A model generated the notes under the pieces. The model searched no databases. It worked only from the letters and a program-made list of their open reading frames with translations, and was not told the DNA's origin. 64,000 nt of DNA from Lama glama (lineage: Eukaryota), in contig CM052817.1 of NCBI GenBank assembly GCA_028534125.1, forward strand, positions 71,302,001-71,366,000, written 5' to 3'. The stretch's first letter is position 1. Every line of letters begins with the position of its first letter. The position numbers and the translations under genes were made by a program. Positions 26,490 through 41,926 of this stretch are shown piece by piece.

Positions 26490-27175
26490 TGAGTTATGAG
26501 TTTTTCTTAAAAGCAATTTTGGGTTTACAGAAAAATTGTGCAAGTATGGAGAATTCTCACATATCATTTCTTCCCTTCCCTCCAGTTTCCCTTATGATTA
26601 TACCTGGCACTAATGTGGTCCATTTTTTACAACTGATGAGCCAACACTGCTGTGTTATTATCAACCAAAGTTCATAGTTTACATTGGGGTTCACTCTTAT
26701 TGTTGTACAGTCTGTGGGTGGTGATAAATGTATAATGGTGTATATCCACCATCATATCGTGCAGAATAGTTTCACTGCCCTAAAAACCCTTTGTGTTCCC
26801 CCTGCTCTTATTTCATCCATTACAACCCCTGACAATCACTGATCTTTTTACTGTTTCCATAGTTTTCCTTTTCCAGAATGCCTGTATATTGAATTCATAC
26901 AGTATGTAGCCTTTCAAATCGGCTTCTTGGCACTTAGCAATATGCATTTATGATTCCCTCATGTCTTTAGTGGCTTGATGGTTCATTTCGTTTTATTTCT
27001 GAATGAAATTCCATTGTATGGATGTACCATAGTTTGTGTATCCATTCATCTACTGAAGGACATCTTCCAACTTTTTGAAGTTATGTATAAAATTGCAGTA
27101 AATATTCATGTGTAGGGTATTTAGTGGACATAAGTTTTCAGCTCATTTTGATAAACAAAGGAGCACAATTGCCCT
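26490..27175 (-). mobile_element. L1M 3' end, antisense
   Basis: Motifs such as catagtttacattggggttcactc, agaatagtttcactgccctaaaa, attccattgtatggatgtacc, ccattcatctactgaaggacatc. Confidence 0.8.
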
Positions 27176-30100
27176 TCTTTTTCAATATAGTTCTTATACC
27201 TGGTATTCATATCTTGATAAACTATAATTTGCCTTCATAGCTAATTCCTGTGCCTGTGATCTTAATTTCATTTCCTTAATACTATTTCAATTTCTGCCAC
27301 GTATGAATCACTAAGAATGTCAGACATATGTCAAAAACTTTCTGAAAAGCAAGAAAATATTTTCAAATTTTGTAGGAACTGTCCTGATACAGTTGACATT
27401 TACTGATAGAAGTGGACCATGAAATGGCCTGTGTACTCTCTTCTGTGGGGTGGACATTTAATAATCACTCCTACCAAAATGCACTGCCTTGCCACTCCTG
27501 GTTCCCGCAATCATATCCACATGTGTAGTGTATGTTTTGCTCTTTCTTTTGACAATGCTCTTGTCCATTTATTCTGATCAACAACCACCATCTAATGAGG
27601 AGCAAAGAATGACTTCAGAGTTCATGTTCTCCATAAATGTGTGTGACATTGGGTAAAATCCTCAGCCTTTCTGGTTGTCAATGTCCTCATTTGTTAAATG
27701 GGGCAATAACATGCACCTTGCAAGGAGGTGTTAAGGACTGGAAGCCTTGTGAACAAAGCATCTGTACTTTCTATATGCCTGTCACGCAGGAAGTAGTCTG
27801 TGGATGGTGTGGTGGTGGTGATGATTAGTAACAGTTGTGTGTTATAATATGTATTATATGTCTGCTATATATGTAATATAGCAAACCTATATGCCAGGTG
27901 AATTAAGTGCTTTGTGCTTCAGTAAGGAAATTTCATATGAAGAGTTAGAATGATGACCAGCACACATAAACATGTCTTCCAACTGCCTCCCTTCTCCTAT
28001 TGCTGTCCACTCACATTCAAAAGCATTCAGAGCTGTCTCCTTGCCATGAGCATCTAACTCTCTTACGGACCTGCCAACAGGTCTCCTCCCATCCAGCTGT
28101 GTTACCTCAGGACCTAAGGATCTAATAAATAAGCAATTATTTGCTTTGTCCTGTTCCACCTACTGTCAGCATGGCCTTCTTTTCCATGCCCATCTGAGGC
28201 TTCCTAACTACTCCAGGAAGCTTTGCTGTATGCTCTGGTCCACAGAGTTAGTCATAGTTCCCCTTCTTTCCTGACACCCCCAGAATACTTGGTTCCTGGC
28301 CATTCATTTGCTCGAACTCATAAACCCTTCTTTGTGGTGATGGTCAGTCAACCTCAGCAAGCCCTCGAGCTTAGGGACCCTGCCTTCTGTTGCCCGTAAT
28401 CCATGCAGGGCCCTATCACATATAACTCTCTAATTAGTCAATGAGTTCATTAATTTGACTCAATTCCAGAAGCTAAAATTTATTAGGCAGCTCAAACCTA
28501 TAAAGCTACAATAGATTTCTGGGCAACTTTCAAATAAGGAGGACGTTCATTTGTCCAGGAGAGGTTCAATTTTATTTAGAATTAAGAATATGGATTTACT
28601 AAATATCTCTGGATGTCCTTTCTAGGTGGGTATCCCTGTCCTGTGTTTTTGCCATTTGGGCAACCCCAGGCTGCCTGTGAATTAGGTGGGATTGATGTTT
28701 ACCATGATTGTTCAGCATCGACCATACCCATGGGTACCAGTCTCAGCCTCGACCATACCCGTGTTGACTCCATCGTCTCCTGAGGGGCTTATACTCAACC
28801 TTAATGATAATATTAGCCCAGGTGACATGTAATTCAGAAAGCAAGCCTTTTTGCAACCAAAAGTAATATGAGAGATTCAAAATCCAAATAGAATATAGCT
28901 GTGGATTATTTCATATTTGTGTCCATATCATTCTCGTCTCTTTTCTCTAACACAGCTGGATGCTTGACTGTCCTCTAAGTTCCTTCTACTGCTGTCACCT
29001 GGGACCCAGCAGTGTGTTTTTGCTGGAGGGGAAGCTCATTAACAAAGTTAGTAGCTCAGTGCAGGTTATTTGTAGGACATTCATTCTGAGGCTTGAGTCT
29101 GAGTGAGTCCAGAAAGCAATGGAATATTCCATGTATCCCCCCCACATGACTTCTGCTGCCCTCTAGGCTCTGTTTCTCCTATAAGGGGTCAGAGCTGTCT
29201 GGCAGAGGCCAGCTGAAATCAGAGGAATCCTGACTTTGGCTGTTTCAGTAAAGTGACCCAGTATTTGAGGAATGATGAGGACATAATTAAATATGAGCCA
29301 AAGGCCTGGAGTAATTCCTGTTCTCCGTAAGGGGTGTTCACTAGTGTGACTATTATTTTTGTGACTACTTTGCTTTATCAACGTTTTGACTAGCACTTGG
29401 AATGCTACCTCTGGGCAACTTAAATTAAAACTTGTTTTCCAGGATGAAGTAAATTGGCAGAAATTTCCACTGTTCATCAAATCTGGTATAAATGGTTTGC
29501 CTGAGCTGGATATTTCTGGGTTCTGGGTCCTTGGTGCACTTCTGAAGAAATGACTGCTGTTTCTCCAAGTAAAATATGGACGAGGAGACAGCAAATCCAC
29601 GTTTCAAGCTTTATTTTCTCTCACTGATACATGAAAAGATAGCCTAAATTGTCAGAGAAGGGTCAGTGTGCAGTTATGCCAGATTCCCAATGCTTCCCAG
29701 ATTTTGTGCTATTAGCGTATTTTTTCCAACATGCTCTATGATAACAATCCCCTCCTTTCCCTGCACTCCTGGCCCCTCCGATATTTAATTATGGTTCTGC
29801 TGAAAGAAAAGGTATCTGTGCATACTGTAGCTCTTCATCTGGCGTCAGGGATTTCCCTTTGATTTGGAAAGAATAATCTTTCAAATTCCGCTATAAACTA
29901 TACAGGGGGGAGAAAGATAGATTAAGCTCCAGGAATGTGTACTGGTGTTGACATTTTGTTCAAATAATGAGCTGGGGGTGAATTTTCTTTAGTTTCACTC
30001 AGGTGAATGATCAATTGCTCTAAGTCTGAATTATCAGCAGTGCTGTTCACCATTGATGTATATGACGTGGTTTAACCTTGTCTCCATCCTTCCATATATT

Positions 30101-30328
30101 AACACATAGCCAATATTCAACAGGTACCTCCAAGACACCAGGAGCAACTCCACAGCCCCCTCATTGCTCTCTCCCTGGTTCTGTCCGGAATGTTTGTGGT
30201 GAACAGCCAGCTATCTCCTCCTTGGCAGGCGTCTCTGCTTCCCTGTAACGTGGAATTGCCCACATTTGCCTTTGCAAACAGAGGCTCACTCAAGTGTCAC
30301 TAAAGGAGAGGGGTGGAGCCACAAAGGC

Positions 30329-30361
30329 TTTAAAAAGGAAAGGCGAGTCACTCTATTTTTC

Positions 30362-30362
<1 letters not shown>
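30329..30362 (+). promoter_or_regulatory. EGF: EGF core promoter: atypical TATA (TTTAAA) and probable TSS near 30362
   Basis: TTTAAA at 30329-30334 lies 33 nt before AAAAAGAGAAAC, which matches my recollection of the human EGF mRNA 5' end. Confidence 0.7.
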
Positions 30363-30946
<584 letters not shown>

Positions 30947-33900
30947 TAATCCCATAAAAAGGGGTTCTCCTCTTCCCCGAAACTGCCCTCAGATACCTGT
31001 TCATTCCGTCTTGTGTACTTGGGCATTTTTTTCTGATTTGTCTTTGGGTGTGTGTATTTGCTTCGTTTTTGTTTTCTAATGCATGCATATTTCCTTACCG
31101 GCTGTTAGAGCTAAACTGCTACCAACTATAAAAATTCACAGCTCTCAAACTGTTCTGTGTGTGAGTGAATAGGTCTCATTTTAAACTAGCTGAACATTTC
31201 ACATAAGCCTCCGCCTTTATTCTGACATGAGAGACAAAATACTTAGCTGATTAGCTTTATGTGGGAAACTGGGGAAACAGATGGCACTTTTTTTTTTTGA
31301 AACTATCCCTATTTAAACCATAAAGGAAAAAAATCATCCTTCAGATAATTTTGTATAAGAACTCAGGGGTTGCTAAAAATCAGTGAAAAATAGGAAGGGA
31401 GTTGGGAACAAATGTGATTCTATCATTGTGAAAATTAAGCCAAGTTTCAAGTTAAACGTCCTCCCCATTCTCCCCCTCCCGCTGCTTCTGAAGCTCTGAG
31501 GCAGCTCCAGTTTTTCAGTAACAGGTGCATAGTAACTTTGAGAACTGCCAAGAAATGATAATATGCCACAATCCCTGCCATGTTAAATGGGTTTTTAATT
31601 GAGAGGAAGTGGGAATTCTACTGAATGCAAAATAGCAATCCTGAGTTTTTGCCTGAAAAGCACCTCTCTCTGTCTCACTATTGACTCATTTTATTTAATC
31701 CTTATTTGGGTGGGTCTCCAACCTGCTGCTCAAACAAGACAGCCATTTCTATCCAACACAGGGCATGAACTGCCCTGATATTTCTTTCTTATCATTTTGC
31801 CCTTTTGAGAAGGGATCTGGCTTCCAAAAAAGAGGCAGATTGAGAGAAACACAGTAATATTTCCAGAAGAGAAATCTCCGGAAGAGAGCACAAACTAGTG
31901 GGAATAAAGGGAACAGTTCTGAGCCAAACTGCTGATGCCGGGCTCCTGTCAGTCTCTCCCATAAAGGAAATTACCAATAAGGAAATCAGGTGCTCTTGCT
32001 CAGAATCTCGGGACTCTGTCACCAGGCAGCACTCAGAGGAACAGGTGGGCAGAACCCTAGGGTACTGGAAGGAAGGACTGAATTCTAATTACCTCTGTGT
32101 CCCCAGCACCTACAGCATCTCTGCTTTCATAGTATATACTCAGTAAATTCTTGCTGAATGAAAAAGGAGTCTTTCCTTGCTTGGCTGATCACAAAAGTCC
32201 TAAAGAAGAGCAACAAAAAGGAAATGACAAAAGACAAAAATGACCCCATGAACCTGTTACTCAGCTGTTGGGAGGCAGAAGCTTCTGAACACAGTTCTGT
32301 CGAGTGCACTGGAGCCTCTCTGGGGTGGGAGCATCTTCCCCAGAGTAGTTGGCAAGTGACCAGAATCAGGCAATGCCCTCTGCATGGCATGAGGGGAGAT
32401 GGTGGGAGCCAGTGGAGAAGCAGAACCCGAGAGAGCAAAAATAATATGGAAGTGAACTTTTACATGTGGCTTTAGAGTCCCAGGGAACCAGGAGATTCCT
32501 GCTAGTGAGCGAGCCTGTGCCTCGTACTTCTTGCCACACTGCCTGTGGCCCAAAAGTGCCTTTACTGAGGCTGGCTGAAGAAATAAGTAAATGATTGAAG
32601 AAAGAAAGAAACTTGAAGCCCAGGATAGAGACAATGAGAGAGTCACAGAGTGGAAGGAACAGAGGTTTTAGAAGCAAACACACCTCATTTCAAATCCACA
32701 CGACCACTTAAATTATAGTGGAATATTGCTGAAAAATAATAATACCCCCTCTGAGGATTGTTGTGGGGAATCACAAAGGGGTTAACATGGGCAATGCACC
32801 TACCACAGAGGCTAGCAGATTGTGCTTAATAAATGTCCTCTTGGCTCCATGTCTTGGCTAAATCTCTTTGATCAAATGGTATCACGAGATGCCTTATTTG
32901 AACACTGCAGTGACGTGGCACAGACCTCATGGAGGGTGAAATGTCTGGATGCCACTTTGTGACTCTGCCTCTTGCTCCCTTGTTCCTTGCAAGTCGCAGG
33001 TTTAAACCCTCTACTTTACACTCCACGTCTCATGTTAGCTGATAACTGCCTGGGTCACACCCTATGCTCCCTGCATTTCAGAGGATAGCATTCCTCATCT
33101 CTAAATAGATACAGTGCCATCATCTATTTTTCCCCCTAATAAAATTCTACTTGCTTTATTCCTTGCCCTTGGCATTGAGACCTGACCCAGCAGGGAGAGT
33201 GCTTTGTGGTCCGATTCAGGTAACTTTATGCAGGGTTGTCTTGCATGTGACTGCTGAGCCAGATAAACCAAGTGATAGCAACTGAGAATTGGGTTTTCTG
33301 CTCATTTTCCCCCTCTCCCACACCTCCTCCTCCTGCTGCCTCTTCTTTTTTTTAATCAACTGAGCATTCAGTTAGCTTCTGTTTGAGCTACAGGGAATGC
33401 GGAGAGCAAGGAGGAAAACTGCCAGCAAGTGGCTTCTGAACTTTCAAGTCTATTTGCCCTGGAGGAGAAATAGCAGTTGAAAAAGAACTGTTCCTGTTTG
33501 ATGTCTCTACCTGCATTATTTATATGAACTTTCCTGGTAAACAGAGTGAGGAAGAAGTACAGGCCAAGCCTCAGAGAGCTGGATGCAGGATGGCTCCTGG
33601 GGCACTAGTTAGCCAGCTGGGGAGATCACTTTTAGCAGTCAACAGTGAAATCACTGATTTCAGCACCGGCCAAGGCTTGGTCAGCTTCCCAGTCATGTGC
33701 AAACCAGCGTAATTCCATGGTCAAAATCCTGTTTGTTTTTTTCAGCCAGAGTTATGCAAAAGCTTTTTTTTTTTTAATCTATCTGAAAAAAATTACAGGA
33801 ATGATCTTTCATGCATACCACGTGAATAAAACCATCCCCTAAGTACTCAGTGGTTGTTGGTCTTTGAGGGATAGTAGAGCTAGTGGTAAAGAACTTAAAT

Positions 33901-36293
33901 TTTATTTTTTTTTGGCATTTAAATTTTTTAATTCAAGTATAGCTGATTTATAATGTTGTGTTAGCTTCTGGTGTACAGCATAGTGATCCAGTTTATATAT
34001 ATATATATATAAATCTGAGCATCATTTTCTGTTACTCTCCCTTGGTGATTCTAACAAGCATAATAGGCAGCCTGGGTTTAGCACCACTCGGCTAATACAT
34101 GTAAAGTGCATAAGACAGAACTTGGTCTATAATAAGCACTCGCTAATCTCAGCTGCTATTAATCTTTTTATTGTGGTTAAATCATTTTATTGGTAGTAAC
34201 AGAGGTGGTATTTTCTAAATATGGCTGGGTTTCTTCAATAATAATTGAATTTCTTTTACACATCATAACTTGTATTTTTGTGCTTAGAAGAAACGTTTAT
34301 TAAACATACAAAATCATATCAGACCGATTTGAGTGAGTGCCCTTGTGGAACTGCAGCTCCAGTATTTGTCTTTCTGTGACATCAACTGATAAAAAATTCC
34401 ACTGAGTGCAAAGTGAGTCTCCTTGTTAGATTTCTTACCAGTAATAATTTTAAGAACAGCAAAAATAAGCCGCTTGAAAATGATTATTTAAATATCTTGT
34501 GTATTTTTCCTTATGTTTGGAAACAATTTCTTTAAGGTTTTTAAAGCTGTTGAGGCCATATAAGGGAATGATAAATCAGTTCTTTAAATAAATTTACAGT
34601 TTGGAGCTAGTTGGAGTTTTGTCCATTTTATTTGACATTCAATTTAGAAGTTGGAAGGTGGGACTTAATCACTTATTTCAGAGTAGAGCAAGTAATTGAT
34701 TATTTCCCATCAAAAGTAAATGGACTAATAATTTGGCTCAAATAAATCCAAAATCTTACTTTATCATCTATAAATTTGCCTTCATGAAAATCCATTTGAA
34801 ATAATTCCTTGTGCAGTATGAGTAGTTGGTTTTTTTTTTAAATATCAGTAGTCTCCCAATTCCCTTCATCTGTAAAAAAGCTAAAATGTGGGCATATGCT
34901 CCCAGTACACATTTATCAGTTACCTACATACTATATATACAGTAATATTGAGAACATTTACAACATGTAACACTTCTAACATTTTCTTTTCACACAATAA
35001 TGAACCATCTTACAGTCTCTAAGTGATATACATCCTACTTGGGAGAAACTGTTTCAGAGAAGAAGTAAGATGATGGAATAAATGCTATATCCTTCTTCCT
35101 TATTAGCTCAGCTCTTTTCACTAAAGTATGAAGAGAAATGCAAAAGGACTGCTATTTTTTTTCCCCAGTAAAGCATAGTTATTTATAGTGAATGATTTTT
35201 CTCATAATGTGTAATGGTGGAAATAAAAATTGACCTCCCCAGTTGGCTAATTTACTGCCCTAGAATCCCTCCTGAAGCTGGGTTGCGCTGAAATACTTCC
35301 ATAAGGGTCAGAAAAACAGACCACATCTCTAAAAATGGGTTAGAGGCTGGGCAAAAATTCTAAAGCTGTATGGCCTGCTGTGGTCACAGTAGCTTAGGGT
35401 TTTTAAATCTAAATGGGCTGTGCCTCCACCTCATGTTCTGGGGGAACCCAGTGTTTCCCTCCTACATCCTGGAGGATGGCTGGGCATGAGGACAGAGACG
35501 TGGAAGGAAAGGCTGTGTCCACTCCGGTCCTTCCACTCCTCTGTGCCTCGCGTCCCTCTCGCGTTGTCCCTTCCCCACACCCCGTCACCTCACGTCCCCG
35601 CACTTGGCCACCTCACATCCACGCCACCTTGTTTTACTTCTCAAAAGAGCCAGTGCTTGGGCTGTAACGGTACCAATTTTAACTGAAGGCTTGCGGGAGA
35701 AAAAAACCCGTCACATTCACATCCTGATCCCGCACATCAAGCAACTAGAACAAAACATTTTTCATTCTTGTGCTTAAAGGTTGATTAACTGTTCTTGGTG
35801 GAAAAGATCCGCCATCTCTCTCTCGAGCGCCAGCCTCCCGCCTCCTCTCGGTTACGTTGATTGACACCTGATTCTGTTTCCTTGGTCTCCTTCAGACACA
35901 TCCTTACATAGAACAGTGTAGATTGCTTCCTCCTCCAGTTCTGTTTTCTTGATCATATCCTAGGCTTCTCATTGTAAATTAAAAAAAAAAAAAACCTTAA
36001 AAAAATTACTAAATAGTACAGTGAAGAGTCTTAGTAAACAAAATAGTTCTCAGAAAAGAAATTCTGCCAACAGGTTAAACCAATCTTTCTGCTTTTTTTT
36101 CCCCTCCACAGTGCGAGAATGTTAAGTTTGAGATAGAAAAGAAGACCTTGGAGGTAGGTCCCAGGTGGTGACTACCTGAAGAGACTTTTCTTGAACCATC
36201 AGGCTACGAAGGGGCTGCGAAATTCCAGGGCTGGGGGTGCCCTTTCGGCCTGGCGGTCACAGGTCAGAAGTGAGGCAGGGTTTGATTGGCTGC

Positions 36294-36403
36294 TTTTTTT
36301 TTAAATTTTTTTTTAGGGGAAGAGGTAACTAGGTTTATTTGTCTACTTGTTTCTTAAGTGGAGATACTGGGGATTGAAATTACCGCTGAGGTATCTCTTC
36401 CCC
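36294..36403 (-). mobile_element. Internally deleted tRNA-derived SINE
   Basis: T tail and ggagatactggggattgaa joined directly to taccgctgag...cccc; the middle of the body is missing. Confidence 0.7.
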
Positions 36404-38625
36404 CAGCAGGGCACTGGTTTGAGAAGAGACCTTAGCAGGTCTGGTCTTTGCCAGTGATTGTAAGGTATTCTGTGGGTTGTTTTTCTCTTCTGTTACTAAT
36501 AGTCTTTAAAGAAGGTCTTGTTAAAAGTTAAGAGATTGATCTCACCTGTGCTGAGGAAAATGTGAAAAAGGCCAGTCCTGCTTTTCTGGTGAAGTGGTAC
36601 AGCGAGTGGCAGGTTGGAGGGACATCTTCCACAAGCACCGTGACTTCATCGTGGTATGGCCAGGGTGGGAGGAGGAAAGATGACAGCCACCAATGCGTGA
36701 AGATGAGGGAGGCAGAATGTTCCCGAGTTGGTGGTCTAAGGTTAGGAGGGTCAAATAATTTGGATTATGAAGCAATTACTATGTCTCCTCTCTTATTTTT
36801 GTTATTGACTGTAGATTTTCTTGTACTAATTTATTTAGATTAATTTATATGTTGTCTCTTAATCCAGACAAGGTTAAAAAATCAAACATTGACTGAAGAT
36901 GAAAAGATAACAAAAATTCTTTACCTGGAAAATGTCGTCTAAAATCTGTTCAGCATTCCTAACCTTCTAGTCACTTTGATTACGGTGGGGAAGAATAGGG
37001 ACAGAAACTAGTAACTTGCTAATATGTGTACAATGTCTGATCTGAGATATTTCAGCAGTTATTTTAAGAAGGTAGTTTTGTAAACTTGTTCTGGACAAAA
37101 AATGGAAAGACTCAGTAATTAGCCTCAATAGCTAGAGAGCTTTTTCAGAATGTGCTTGTCAGTTTTAAACAGCTGTACTTTCTTTCAAGGAATTCTTAAA
37201 TATTTTTCAAGAAACTCTCGAATTCCATAAAGCAGTTTAATGTTTACTTAAGCTTTAGTAGTAACTCGAAATTTGAGCAATCTTAGAGCTAGGGAACATA
37301 ATATTAGTTGCATTATGTTATATATTTCTAATGTTAGAATTGGAATTAACTTTAAAGAAGTCCTGGTTCTTTACCAGGAATAAAAACAATAGCAGCAGCA
37401 ACAAAAACCTTGATCATTGGAGCCTAATTGTCCCCATTGTCTATTTACTTCTGGCCTACAGGTCAGTACTTTCATCCAGAATGCTAATACTACTCACCAT
37501 GAAGGGAGTGTTACCTGAATATTAGGTGAACCAGGAATACAGACTTGTTTAGTAGAGATTCTTTCTTAACAATAATGTTAATAAATAGTGGCTTTGCATA
37601 CCATCATTCCAGTTACATCCCCAGCTGTCCCATTTACTGAGACCCACAACAAGCAGATGACTGAGATCTGGGCTTGGAAGGATGAGTAATGTTTTTGTCA
37701 AGTGCCAAAGAAGAAAAAATTACATTAAACAGAAGGGACCTTTATACTTCTTGAGAGAGTTTGATATATCTAAAAACATTTTATTTTATTTTAATTTTAT
37801 TTTTACACAGCCAGTGTTACTAAACTCTGAGGAAAGTTATGGAATAATGCGTGTAAATATGTCTTTCTTGTGGAGTTCTTTTCCTTAACGTTGTCATTCA
37901 AAACTTTCCTTTGATGCTAGAATTTAGTTCATGTATAGAAACTTCAGTCATTTTAACCAAACACTAGGTGGGAACTTCTGCTCTCATAACCTCTTGACCT
38001 TCTTTCTAAGCCTGGAGTTTGAACTGTTGTGTGCATCTGTTTTCACTTACGACCTTGATTTTCGGATTCTCCCAAGCCTGGCCAACCATGCTAATGTCTC
38101 AGTCTGGGTTTCCCATGTATTTCCCAGGATACTTAGTACACTGGAGTTTGTGTGAGTATGACAGTGATTCATGGTGTGCACTGATTTATTTGCAACCCCC
38201 CTCCTAGTGATAGGATAGAAGAGGCCTTTCAGAGAAAAGCACTATCTTCTTCCTCCATTCAGCACCACCTCTCAGGGTGCTACGGACCAGCTTTGTGTGT
38301 AGTAAGTGGATTTCATTCAGGAAGTGGTTCTTTTTGTGGGTGGTTGGTTGCTAGGATACAGACAGTCCTAACAACTTCATGGCAGCTGTCTGGTTCTTTA
38401 GCCTATGGTGTGTTGGTTGAGAAATAGTATTTTATTTTGTTCATGTCAATACTTTTCTGGTTAAAATTTCAGAAGCTTGAAGCATCTTTCTTCTTCCATA
38501 GACTGTCCTTGTATAAACAGGTCAAAAGTTGGGAGATACATCCAGCTCAGCACTCATAGTACATGGCCGCTGACATGAATCCTCTGCATTTTTTTAAAAT
38601 CCAAGTTTAACTTTATAGCTGGCCC

Positions 38626-38753
38626 TCTTTTTTTTTGGTGGGGAAGGGGAGAGGTAATTAGATTTAGTATTTTTTTAGAGGAGGTACTGGGAATTGAACC
38701 CAGGACTTTGTGCATGCTAAGCATGCACTCTGTCACTTGAACTATACCCTCCC
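38626..38753 (-). mobile_element. tRNA-derived SINE
   Basis: Full reverse body (ggaggtactgggaattgaacccagg...actataccctcccc). Confidence 0.88.
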
Positions 38754-40521
38754 CATTTTGAATTCTCTGCATTTTGAGTCCTTCCCTTATGAGGTTTAAA
38801 AACATACCCAAAGGCAGAAGCTACCAGGGATCTTCTGGTGTTTTTCTCCTTCCCTCTGAAGGACACAATTATTCTGTTTTCCACTGGAGTTTCAACACAA
38901 AGGAATTTCATCTTTCCCTGGTTTGCAGAGAAATTGTGAAGGTTATTATCATTAATGTTGATTTACCCAGTGTGTGGAAATGTGTATCTTTTAGATTGAA
39001 GCAACATTGTTGAGAATTTTAAAAGCTCTAAGGGGCTCGAAAATCTTACTATTTTGAAAAACATATTTGAAAGAATTTCTGAATCTTCTCTGTTGTTGGC
39101 TATTCTAATGGATCATGGCAAACATTTCACATAAAAGGGAAAAAATAAGGTATGTGAAGAAAAATTTCCATTGTGAATCTCAACGCCTTTAAAAAGTACC
39201 CAGCAATGCCTCTGAGAGGACAGTAGGAGCTTGTCTTTCAATATTAATGTATCATCTTCTGGAACAGAAAACCGAACCAACACACTCTCTGCATGGCTAT
39301 CCCTCCTTGATGTAGGCTGTGTTAACGCATAAGAAATGACCGGGGTTTATTACTTTCCATAGACAGGATAACATGCCGTTTTTCAAACAAAGAATACATT
39401 TTAGACAGAGCGAATTGTGGTCGGTGCTTTACACAAGTGGACTGATCTCATCACAGGAAACACTGGCACGGTTTGGGAAAGGTGTAGTTCCAGTGTCCCA
39501 CTTGCTTGTGGCCTTGCCTTGCACAAAGGCACTCTCTTGCTCCTAGTCAGTGCTCCGTGCCCAGCAGGTACTGTTAAGCCTCAGCTTTTGAAATTGATAA
39601 GGTCCAGTTACGTAGCTGAAATGAGTTGCTAGTACTTACCTCACAGGATTGTTACAAAGACTAAATTCTTATAAGGTGCTTAGGATCTTGCTTGGTACAT
39701 AGTGAGTTCCCTGTCAATATTAGCTGTTACTCTACCAAATACCATAACCTGAGATGTATTAGAAACACCTTTGCTTAGTGCAATTTTTCTAATACCTATT
39801 TCTTCAAATTTTCAACAATTAGAGAAATCTGAAGTTGGTTTCTTGGCATAAGCCAAGTCCAATCATCTCACCCAGGGTATTCTCTGTGATTTTTCTATTT
39901 TTGGTAATAATGTATGGCACAGAATCCCCAATTAATTATCTTTTGTAAGTAATTATTCTTATGGCTTGTCACATATGCCTTTAACATTCCAAGGAAATTA
40001 CATGAAGTATTTTTTTCCTCTGTATTTATATAGCAACAGACAGAGCTAAGGCCCAGAAATTAGCATTGGTCAGAGTGGGATTAATAAGAACAACAGAATT
40101 GGACTCAGGAAAATCCTGAATTCCAGTACTTCATTTACTTTTGTGTCTGTTTGTCTAAAACACTCAGAATGAGGTAAATATAGGCAAATATTTATTTGTT
40201 TAATAACAAAATTGCAATTTGAGGAACATTCTTGTAAAGGTAGTAAAAGGAGAAGATAATTGTTAGTCATAAATGAGACCAACACCAAATTTTGTACCAT
40301 TAATACATTTTTACAGATTTAATCAAGTGATTAATTTTGTAGACTTATTTCAGAGAGTTGAGCTTTTGATGTCACTTGGGGGAAGTTGTTTGTTTTAGGT
40401 TACTGTTTTATTTCTGTAGCAGAGCTTATAATGACATAGTATTGATTTGGTATTTGAAGTTTAGAGAAGCAGGGAGAAAGAAACATTTCACAGAAAATCG
40501 GGGTTGAGATGAATAAGATCT

Positions 40522-40642
40522 GGGGGGAGGGGATAGCTCAAGTGGTAGAGTACATGCCTGGCATGCACGATGTCCTGGGTTCAATTCCAGGTACCTCCTC
40601 TAAAAATAAATAATAAACCTAATTACCTCCCAGCCCCCCAAA
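40522..40642 (+). mobile_element. tRNA-derived SINE with TSD
   Basis: A and B boxes; 12-bp TSD atgaataagatc at 40509-40520 and 40643-40654. Confidence 0.92.
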
Positions 40643-40858
40643 ATGAATAAGATCAGTTTATGCAAACACATATCTGACAAAGGACTTATATTGAACATAT
40701 ATTTTTTTCAAAACCTTTCAAATGCAACAATAAGAAAATAAATAACCTACTCTAATAATGAGCAAAAGACTTTAACAGATATAAGGTTGATAAATAAGTC
40801 CATGAAAGGATATAAGGATGATAAATAAGTCCATGAAAAGATGTTCAACATTATTAAC

Positions 40859-41150
40859 TGTTTTAGGCTGAATATGACACCCCAATATACCTAAATCTTA
40901 ATTCCTGGAACTTGTGAACATTGACTTACATGGCAAAAGGGAATTCACAAATGTGATCTTGAGGTGAGGTGATTAGTCTGAATTATCCAGGTGGATCCTA
41001 AATGTAATCACAAGCATCCTTATGAGAGGGAGGCCAGAATTTCTAAGGAGGAAGAAGCCTATGGAAGCAGCGAGACTTTTGAAGATGATACACTGTTGGC
41101 CTCGAAAATGGAGAAAGGGGCCATGAGTCAAGGAATGCAGGAGTACATTA
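40859..41150 (+). mobile_element. MaLR (MLT1-type) LTR fragment
   Basis: aggctgaata...ttacatggcaaaaggga...gaattatccaggtgg...aatgtaatcacaag...gggccatgagtcaaggaatgcagg resembles MLT1. Confidence 0.75.
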
Positions 41151-41926
41151 TATAGGATGCAATGTATTATAGAATTACATATAAATTATCCAGGTGATGG
41201 AATTATAGGAATCCACTGAAAGAGACCCACTTCCTAATTAGTTCCTGGAACATGGACAGATGCAGAGAATCCAGCCTTTTGGTTAGATGCCTAAAACAAT
41301 GTTTCCTGAAGTTGGTTCCTTCTCAGAGCTGAACTACAAGACGCTAAACAATAAGAGTTCCTGGTAAATTCATTTCAGAGTAAGCATGATGTTTAAAAGC
41401 TAATATCTGTGATCAAAAAGACATGGCTTGAAATCCCCACCTGGTTAATTATAGGGCATGTGACTTGTGGCAAGTTAATAGCTCTAAACTTCAGTTTCTT
41501 CTTCTGTAAAATGAAGATGCCAGAGCACCTACCTCCTAATGTTACCCAGTTGAATGAAATAATGCATTTAATGTGCTATTCCAGAAAACACTCAAGATGT
41601 TGACTGTTACTATTCTGAAGATATTCACCACCTACCTTCTTGGAGAATCAAAATACATAATAGCATGTCAAAGATTTTGAGCCTTTCTGATGAAAAGAAC
41701 AAGTTTAATTTTGTAGAACTTGCTAGCCTCAATTACTGTCCAGAGGACCTGGTAATAGATCCTCTTTAGCTTGATAAGGAGAATGTGGTTGAGGGTCAGG
41801 AAGGGGCTATTTTCCGCTCTGGATGACACATGTCTACCACCACTCAGGGACTAGGGTGGCAACTCTCATTCACATTTTTCAGGAAGCAACACTGAGCCTC
41901 AGAGCTTTCCCTACAGATTAAGATTT

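Noticed and set aside
40778..40839. 31-bp tandem duplication (gatataaggWtgataaataagtccatgaaaR x2)
   Set aside because: Simple slippage duplication within an L1 relic; two units with no spacers, not CRISPR-like.
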